From contig CAMTVO010000051.1 of assembly GCA_947085205.1 (NCBI GenBank), forward strand, positions 1 through 13,126: a DNA stretch of 13,126 nucleotides, written 5' to 3'. The stretch comes from an uncultured Nitrospiraceae bacterium. GTDB lineage: Bacteria > Nitrospirota > Thermodesulfovibrionia > Thermodesulfovibrionales > Dissulfurispiraceae. This document shows, one piece after another, positions 7,431 through 13,126 of this stretch. Under the pieces are notes generated by a model that saw nothing but the letters and a program-made list of their open reading frames with translations, had not been told where the DNA came from and ran no database searches. A program made the translations under genes and the position numbers. Positions within the stretch are counted from its first letter, which is position 1; each line of letters starts with the position of its first letter.

Positions 7431-9470
7431 ATGGCAAACATGGTGAATCTTACAATAGACGGTAAGAAGGTGCAAGCTCGTGAGGGCATGAACCTTATAG
7501 ATGCCGCAGAGATGAACGGAATGCACATTCCCAATCTCTGTTATCTCAAGGGCTCAAGGGGCATCGGCGCATGCAGGCTTTGCCTTGTGGAGATAGAGGG
7601 CATGAAGGCTCCGATGATAGCCTGTACCACAAGGGTTAAAGAGGGAATGGCAGTAAATACAAAGACTGAAAAGATTCAGGAGGTCAGAAAATTTGTAATA
7701 GACCTGATACTTTCCATGCACCCTCTGGATTGCATGACCTGCACTAAGGCAGGCGCATGCAATCTCCAGCAATACGCCTACGATTTTGAGATAAAGGAAT
7801 CATCCTTTACGCGCAAAAAATTCGGTTATCCGACAGACGAGGCAAATCCATTTATAAAGCGCGACCCCGAGTACTGCATACTATGCGGCAGATGCGTGAG
7901 AGTATGTAAGGAGCAGGGAACAAATGTCCTTGACTTCATGGGAAGGGGCGTCGGCTCTAAGGTAACGACTGCCAATGATAAGGCCCTTCAGGAATCGGGC
8001 TGCACATTTTGCGGCAGTTGCGTGGACGTATGCCCTGTTAATGCGCTCCTTGAGGCCGACAGATGGAGAAAAGGCAGGGAGTGGGAGTATGACGATGTTA
8101 ATTCTGTATGTCTCCTCTGCGGAAACGGCTGCGACATAACCGTCAGCACAAAGGACGGCAGTGTGGTGAAGGTGAACGCCGGATTTCATAATATTTCCGG
8201 TGAAGGTTCTACCGAGAAATATATCTGTGCTTATGGAAGATTCGGTTTTGACTGCATCGAGGCGGACAGCAGGGTTAGAGCGCCTATGAAGCGGGTTAAC
8301 GGCGAATTGAAAGAGACTACATGGGAAGATGCAGTCGAGACAGCGGCAAAGGAGCTTAAAAAGGCAGGCCAAAACTCAGGATTTATCGCAACCGGTGGAC
8401 TACTGAATGAGGACGCCCTTACATTAAAGAGGCTGGCATCTGATGCGGTAAAGACAAAAAATATAGATACAACCGTGAGTCTTTACGGCAATGCGGATAC
8501 ACTGATTTCCAACAGCGCTGACATTGAAACAGCAGACCTTTTTGTGCTCGTTGATTTGAATCCGAGCCAGTGGAACAGGGTATTGCCCGCCATCGATGCG
8601 ATTATGAGGAGAAGGGTTAAGGCAGGCGCAAAGCTCATAGTGATTAATTCTGACGAGCCTAAAATTTCATCTATCGCAACTGTGAGCCTTATCGAAAATG
8701 AAGCAGAGGCTCTCAGGTCATTGACAAAGGCGCTTATGGATAAAGGCCTTGCCGATGATAAGAAACTTGCCTCGGAGGTATCATCCGCCCAGATTTCAGA
8801 TGCCGTATCAAAGGCGGCAGAACTTTATATTGAGGCGAATAATCCTGTAATCCTTTCATCGCCTGCTTTGTATCAGGCATCTGCCAATATATCACTTTTA
8901 AAAGGAACTGCTGTCTCTGTGCCGATAGAGAGCAATGCTAAGGGTGTGCTTATGATGGGACTTTCAGCAGAGGGCAAATCATATAAAGAGATGGTATCAG
9001 GAGGAGTGAAGGTTCTTTATGCAGTGGGCGAGGTTCCATTAAATAAAAGGCCGAATGTGGATTTCTTGATTGTTCAGACCTCTCATCTCACAGAACTCGC
9101 AAAACAGGCGGATGTTGTCCTTCCGTCAGCAGCATTCCTTGAGATTGACGGAACAATGGTGGATTATCTTGCAAGGCTGAAGCATGTTTGTAAGGCAGTG
9201 GAGCCTGCAGGATATGCAAAGTCCCACAGGGAAATATTTGTGAATATTGCAAAGGCAATGGGTGCTGATATGAAAGAGGCAAAGGAGAGCGAGACAAAGA
9301 AATTATTAAAAGATTTGGCAAAGGTCAAGGCAAAGGCATCATTCAGCCCATTTGAAAAGAGTGAAGGATTTGATGTTAAGGTGGATGAGATGATAGAGTC
9401 TATAAATACTTCTGTCATCAACGGTTCAAGACTTCTGTGGCTCAAGGAGACAGAAAAGGCATTGGTGTAG
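7431..9470 (+). CDS. NuoG/formate-dehydrogenase-alpha-like (BfuA-like) Fe-S protein with a degenerate molybdopterin-oxidoreductase domain
   Basis: [2Fe-2S] motif NLC...GACRLC...ACTT, His-ligated [4Fe-4S] HPLDCMTC....ACNLQ, 2x[4Fe-4S] CILCGRCVRVC and CTFCGSCVDVCP, a further [4Fe-4S] CLLCGNGC...YICAYGRFG, and C-terminal LTELAKQADVVLPSAAFLEIDGT. No H-cluster motifs. SD AAGGAGG. Confidence 0.88.
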   Translation: MANMVNLTIDGKKVQAREGMNLIDAAEMNGMHIPNLCYLKGSRGIGACRLCLVEIEGMKAPMIACTTRVKEGMAVNTKTEKIQEVRKFVIDLILSMHPLDCMTCTKAGACNLQQYAYDFEIKESSFTRKKFGYPTDEANPFIKRDPEYCILCGRCVRVCKEQGTNVLDFMGRGVGSKVTTANDKALQESGCTFCGSCVDVCPVNALLEADRWRKGREWEYDDVNSVCLLCGNGCDITVSTKDGSVVKVNAGFHNISGEGSTEKYICAYGRFGFDCIEADSRVRAPMKRVNGELKETTWEDAVETAAKELKKAGQNSGFIATGGLLNEDALTLKRLASDAVKTKNIDTTVSLYGNADTLISNSADIETADLFVLVDLNPSQWNRVLPAIDAIMRRRVKAGAKLIVINSDEPKISSIATVSLIENEAEALRSLTKALMDKGLADDKKLASEVSSAQISDAVSKAAELYIEANNPVILSSPALYQASANISLLKGTAVSVPIESNAKGVLMMGLSAEGKSYKEMVSGGVKVLYAVGEVPLNKRPNVDFLIVQTSHLTELAKQADVVLPSAAFLEIDGTMVDYLARLKHVCKAVEPAGYAKSHREIFVNIAKAMGADMKEAKESETKKLLKDLAKVKAKASFSPFEKSEGFDVKVDEMIESINTSVINGSRLLWLKETEKALV

Positions 9471-9491
9471 TTTTATTCCGGCTGGAATGTT

Positions 9492-9526
9492 AAAAATTAC
9501 CCCGCCAAAAGCGGGGTAATTTTTTT
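9492..9526 (+). terminator. Rho-independent terminator closing the CODH/oxidoreductase operon (probably bidirectional)
   Basis: AAAAATTACCCCGC (9492-9505), CAAAA loop, GCGGGGTAATTTTT (9511-9524) form a perfect 14-bp inverted repeat. T7 tract at 9520-9526 and A5 tract on the other side, 21 nt after the stop codon. Confidence 0.9.
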
Positions 9527-9535
9527 ATATAGATA

Positions 9536-9544
9536 TGGTAAAAT
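9536..9544 (+). promoter_or_regulatory. Putative extended -10 promoter element for hisG
   Basis: TG-G-TAAAAT just after the terminator and 34 nt before the hisG ATG. No convincing -35 element. Confidence 0.4.
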
Positions 9545-9578
9545 AGATAAAATTTTGCAGAAAGGATGATATAAGTCC

Positions 9579-10466
9579 ATGAATAATAAAAAGAACAATG
9601 TTCTTAATCTCGGCCTTCCAAAGGGAAGCCTTCAGGAATCGACATTAAGGCTCTTTAGAAAGGCAGGGTATCACATAAGTGTGTCAAGCCGTTCATATTA
9701 TCCTGTATTCGATGATTCTGAGATAGAGTCAATGCTTATAAGGGCTCAGGAGATGGCGAGGTATGTGGAAGACGGGCATCTCGACTGCGGGCTGACTGGC
9801 AAAGATTGGATACTCGAACAGAATGCGGATGTTGTTGAGGTTGCAGAGCTTATTTACGGCAAGGGAGGATTCAGCCCTGTGAAATGGGTCATTGCCGTGC
9901 CCATGGATTCAAAGATAAAGAGCGTTAAAGACCTTGAAGGCAAAAGGATTGCCACGGAGCTTGTGGGTTTTACAAAGAGGTATCTTAAATCGAAAGGGGT
10001 AAAGGCGGAAGTCGATTTCTCATGGGGCGCAACGGAAGTTAAGCCTCCGCATCTTGCCGACGCGATTGTCGAACTTACCGAGACAGGCACATCCTTAAGG
10101 GCAAACAATCTGAGGATTGTCGAGACCATTATTGAGTCTACAACAAGGTTTATTGCGAATAGAAAGGCATGGCAGGACAAATGGAAGAGGCGGAAGATGG
10201 AAAACATTGCGCTGCTTTTAAAAGGCGCTCTTGCGGCAGAAGAAAAGGTCGGTCTCAAGATGAATGTGCCTGAAAAGGCATTTAGAAAGGTTTTGAGCTT
10301 ATTGTCCGCAATGCATTCTCCAACGGTCTCTCCCCTTTCTGATAAAGGCTGGTATGCTATCGAGGTTATAACCGACGAAAAAATGGTGAGGGATTTAATA
10401 CCCAAGCTTAAGAGCATCGGCGCATCCGGAATAGTCGAATATCCCTTGAATAAGGTTATACCGTAA
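9579..10466 (+). CDS. hisG: ATP phosphoribosyltransferase, long form with C-terminal regulatory domain
   Basis: Motifs [68 protein letters not shown], and C-terminal SPTVSPL...[16 protein letters not shown]. Confidence 0.97.
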   Translation: MNNKKNNVLNLGLPKGSLQESTLRLFRKAGYHISVSSRSYYPVFDDSEIESMLIRAQEMARYVEDGHLDCGLTGKDWILEQNADVVEVAELIYGKGGFSPVKWVIAVPMDSKIKSVKDLEGKRIATELVGFTKRYLKSKGVKAEVDFSWGATEVKPPHLADAIVELTETGTSLRANNLRIVETIIESTTRFIANRKAWQDKWKRRKMENIALLLKGALAAEEKVGLKMNVPEKAFRKVLSLLSAMHSPTVSPLSDKGWYAIEVITDEKMVRDLIPKLKSIGASGIVEYPLNKVIP

Positions 10467-10469
10467 CCG

Positions 10470-11207
10470 ATGGCTGATGATCAGTTAAGCCTATACAGCA
10501 TAAAAGTCCCTGCATTTGAAGGGCCGCTTGATCTTTTATTGCATTTGATAAAAGAAAACAAGATAGATATTTACGATATTCCTATTTCTATCATAACCCA
10601 CCAGTATCTTGAATACATAGAAATCATGAAGGAGCTTAATCTCGAGATAGCCTCGGAGTTTGTCGTCATGGCGGCTACCCTTATATACATAAAATCGAGG
10701 ATGCTTTTGCCTCCTGATGAGACCATAGAGGGAATAGAGGATCAGGAAGACCCGAGGGCAGGGCTTGTTCAAAGGCTTTTAGAATATCAGGCGTATAAAG
10801 AGGTTTCCGGTACCCTGAGGGAAAAAGAAGAATTATGGAGCAATGTGTTCGCGAGACCGCCTCTCGATAAAGAAGAAATTACCATCGAGCCGGAGCTGTA
10901 TCTTTTTGACGTAAATATCTTCGACCTCATGGGCGCGTTGAAAAAAATTATCAGCAAAGTCCCTGCCGAGGCTCTGAAGATAACGAGGGAGACGCTGACT
11001 GTAAAGGACAAGATAGCGATGATTATAGAGAAGATGGAAAACGAACATACAATGAGATTTGACGCCCTATTTGAGGGAGATCAAACGAGAATTCAGATAA
11101 TAGTCACATTCCTTGCATTGCTTGAGATCTTAAGGCTCGGACTTATACGTGCTTATCAGGACAAAGAGTTCGGGACAATATGGATTATGAGGCATACTAC
11201 TACTTAA
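10470..11207 (+). CDS. scpA: Segregation and condensation protein A (SMC kleisin subunit)
   Basis: Motifs FEGPLDLLLHLI...IDIYDIPI..IT.QYL, FVVMAATLIYIKSRMLLP, DPR..LVQRLLEY and IVTFLALLE..RLG.I...QDKEFG.I. Confidence 0.96.
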   Translation: MADDQLSLYSIKVPAFEGPLDLLLHLIKENKIDIYDIPISIITHQYLEYIEIMKELNLEIASEFVVMAATLIYIKSRMLLPPDETIEGIEDQEDPRAGLVQRLLEYQAYKEVSGTLREKEELWSNVFARPPLDKEEITIEPELYLFDVNIFDLMGALKKIISKVPAEALKITRETLTVKDKIAMIIEKMENEHTMRFDALFEGDQTRIQIIVTFLALLEILRLGLIRAYQDKEFGTIWIMRHTTT

Positions 11208-12441
11208 CCTTGCCCAACATTTTAACAAACTCTTTTAATAGTTCACGGTCGTAATTTACCGTCTCCTTTGCAATCACCGATAACGCAAAAAAAGGCGTAA
11301 GCGGATATTTTTTGATTCTCGGTGTTGTCAGGGCATCATAACAATCTGCAATTGCCGTTATCCTGCCGAATAGTTTTATGGCTTCCTCTGACAGCCCTGA
11401 AGGATAACCCTTACCTGAAAGTTTTTCGTGGTGCTGTAAAACCGCATCAAAGGATTCTTCGGGTATATTGTTGTGGGTGCGTAAAATCTTTTCTCCCTCG
11501 ATGACATGAGTTTTAAATGTCTGGAACTCGGTATTATCAAGGCTTCCCTGTTTGTTAAGGATTTCATGGGGGATGGCACTTTTCCCTATGTCGTGTAGTA
11601 ATGCCCCTATCCCCAGCTTTCCTATATCCTCCTTCTTCAATCCTATTGCAGCCCCCAATCCCGCCGACATAACCGCAACGTTTACAGAGTGGATATACGT
11701 GTAATAGTCGTAAGTTTTTAATGAGACCAGGTCATATATCACATTTCTGTCTTTTAATACACAGTCGACTATTTTAGCTACTAATTCTTTTGATGCCTTT
11801 ATATTTTCGCTGTTGAACGGGTTGTCAAAAAGGTCTTTTACAGTAATCCTTGCATTTTCTTTGACAACAATCGTTTTTATTCTTGCTTTATATTCTTCAG
11901 AAATGTTTTCCGACTTTAATAGAGAGTTCAGGTATCCTTGATAAAGCGGAATATCGGATTTCTTGATGACGATGTCGCCTTCGGTGGTTAATACCTCCTC
12001 GCTTATTATTTCCGGACGTTTGGGCGTGGCATCCAATAGTATTGTGAAGCTGAGCTTATTCAACAAAAAAAGGCTGAAGTTTATTTCCACTCCCGGAATC
12101 AGGAAAACCCTGTCCACTGGATAATGCTGTTCCTTATAGAATGAGTATTCCTTGAATGTTTTAGAGCTATCATCTATGGAGTCTTTTTTAGAAGGAATAT
12201 TTTGAAGATAGGAGTAAAACGATAATTTATCTTCACCTGCAACATATACTCTTGATATTCCCTTTTCTTTCAGAATATTTTTTGCAAGGCTTGTGAATAT
12301 TGTTTCCTTGTTGAATAATGGCTTGATGACGCCTTTGTCCTCTACAAAGACATTGAATGGGAGGCGTACTCCTACAACGAGCTTATCAGCTTCTATCGGG
12401 ACGTATGCGTCGGCGTCTACTTCTCTATACTTTGTACCCAT
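11200..12441 (-). CDS. HD-GYP domain protein (putative cyclic-dinucleotide phosphodiesterase) with an N-terminal extension
   Basis: YTYIHSVNVA, ALLHDIGK, EF..FKTH, LQHHEKLSGKGYP.GL and ITAIADCYDALT. Overlaps the scpA 3' end convergently by 8 nt. Confidence 0.9.
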   Translation of the reverse strand: MGTKYREVDADAYVPIEADKLVVGVRLPFNVFVEDKGVIKPLFNKETIFTSLAKNILKEKGISRVYVAGEDKLSFYSYLQNIPSKKDSIDDSSKTFKEYSFYKEQHYPVDRVFLIPGVEINFSLFLLNKLSFTILLDATPKRPEIISEEVLTTEGDIVIKKSDIPLYQGYLNSLLKSENISEEYKARIKTIVVKENARITVKDLFDNPFNSENIKASKELVAKIVDCVLKDRNVIYDLVSLKTYDYYTYIHSVNVAVMSAGLGAAIGLKKEDIGKLGIGALLHDIGKSAIPHEILNKQGSLDNTEFQTFKTHVIEGEKILRTHNNIPEESFDAVLQHHEKLSGKGYPSGLSEEAIKLFGRITAIADCYDALTTPRIKKYPLTPFFALSVIAKETVNYDRELLKEFVKMLGKVK

Positions 12442-12471
12442 AGGCTTTATGGCGGCTTCAGACTCTTTAAG

Positions 12472-12477
12472 ATTATA
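12472..12477 (-). promoter_or_regulatory. Possible -10 element (TATAAT) for the HD-GYP gene
   Basis: Perfect TATAAT on the - strand 30 nt upstream of the ATG at 12441. No clear -35, and the region is AT-rich, so a chance match is possible. Confidence 0.3.
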
Positions 12478-12544
12478 AAACAGATAAAGTAAACTTTTTC
12501 AGTAAATTTTCTATTAATTTTTTAGATAAATCTTAACCTGCTTT

Positions 12545-13008
12545 TTATTTTAATACAAGTTTATTGGTTTTCTTCAAGTATTTCAAGATAATCCACATAA
12601 TGCTTGCTCCAATGGCTATTGTAATCCAGAAGGATTTAAGAGATATTTCCCCTGAATGTCCATATTCCCTGAGCAATTCAACAAAGACAAGGCTTATTGT
12701 TGTTGTAAGCCATGTGTCGTGTTCCCTCTTTAAAACCATTTTAACGACGAATTCTCTGTCGGGTCTTTTAAATTTTTTTAAGGATGGTAAAATGCAATTT
12801 ACCTCTTTTGTGTATTCCGCATACATCTGTCCAAACTTTTCAAGTAGAAAGGATTCCTCTGTAAATATTATAGGGATGTAGATAACAGCAAAAATTACAG
12901 TATTCAAAATTATAACCTCATAGTTTTGTGCCAACAACGAAATGCCGAGGAGTATCAGGTAATTGCCCAGATAGAGCGGATTCCGTATCCTCTAAATCTT
13001 ATTCCCAT
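12545..13008 (-). pseudogene. Isoprenylcysteine carboxyl methyltransferase / PEMT-family membrane methyltransferase remnant (N-terminal half missing)
   Basis: The frame of the 12545-12937 ORF extends up to 12991 as RIRNPLYLGNYLILLG...YIPIIFTEESFLLEKFGQMYAEYTKEVNCILP, carrying both family motifs, but an in-frame TAG at 12994-12992 precedes it. A GAGG-preceded ATG at 13008 (MGIRFRGY) lies in a different frame. Confidence 0.7.
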
Positions 13009-13126
13009 AATGTGCCTCAGTGGTAAAAATATGGTAGTTGCTGTTTCCTAATGTTATGACCTGTATGGTTTTCATCGAAATATTCCTGATGAGTTCCTGA
13101 ACATGCTCCAGATGGTCGTCTTCGAC
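12992..13126 (-). CDS. 3' end of an unidentified gene entering from beyond the window edge
   Basis: Open frame from 13126 reading VEDDHLEHVQELIRNISMKTIQVITLGNSNYHIFTTEAHYGNKI, stop TAG at 12994-12992. No recognisable motif. Confidence 0.5.
   Translation of the reverse strand, partial: VEDDHLEHVQELIRNISMKTIQVITLGNSNYHIFTTEAHYGNKI

Noticed and set aside
2083..9470. Respiratory complex I (nuo) operon
   Set aside because: No nuoA-D or nuoH-N genes are present, and the NuoF-like proteins are the long HydB type with extra Fe-S domains.
7431..9470. [FeFe]-hydrogenase HydA or selenocysteine formate dehydrogenase
   Set aside because: No H-cluster motifs (TSCCP, MPC, ExMxCxxGC), no catalytic Cys/Sec-His motif and no in-frame TGA.
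9527..9578. His leader peptide or attenuator upstream of hisG
   Set aside because: Only a Met-Ile-stop micro-ORF at 9566-9574 with no His codons. The hairpin is positioned as the terminator of the upstream operon.
19..12881. The many short antisense or alternative-frame ORFs in the track (e.g. 613-963, 3253-3732, 5659-6066, 9854-10417, 12564-12881)
   Set aside because: They lie essentially within well-supported genes and lack motifs. The similarity between the shadows of the two nuoF copies just mirrors the sense-strand paralogy.
12992..12994. TAG read-through (pyrrolysine or recoding) fusing the edge ORF in frame to the methyltransferase fragment
   Set aside because: The upstream peptide is hydrophilic and does not resemble the missing methyltransferase segment. 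TAG serves as a normal stop elsewhere in the window (4465, 6346, 9470), and the out-of-frame SD plus ATG explains the structure better.
1..13126. CRISPR array, tRNA/rRNA genes, transposase or integrase
   Set aside because: No regularly spaced 25-40 bp repeats, no intergenic room or cloverleaf for RNA genes, and no recombinase-like ORF.

Overview
Anaerobic bacterial DNA; the gene content is compatible with a Nitrospirota/Thermodesulfovibrionia-like or deltaproteobacterial organism, but this is inference only. Bases 41-9470 form one tightly packed + strand redox operon closed by a strong intrinsic terminator. Its genes are a Ni,Fe carbon-monoxide dehydrogenase (cooS/acsA type), a NuoE/HydC-like [2Fe-2S] subunit, two full-length tandem NuoF/HydB-like flavoproteins, a stand-alone CBS-pair protein, a flavin-less C-terminal half of a third NuoF/HydB, and a NuoG/HydA-like Fe-S protein with a degenerate molybdopterin domain. 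This looks like a CODH coupled to a HydABC/Bfu-type electron-bifurcating module. The two flavin subunits differ at nucleotide-pocket residues in a way that suggests one NAD(H) and one NADP(H) output. Downstream are hisG (long form) and scpA. On the - strand are an HD-GYP phosphodiesterase, an internally deleted ICMT/PEMT-family methyltransferase pseudogene and the 3' end of an unknown gene. Three short degenerate 7-9 bp tandem or inverted repeat patches sit just upstream of ribosome-binding sites in the redox operon.
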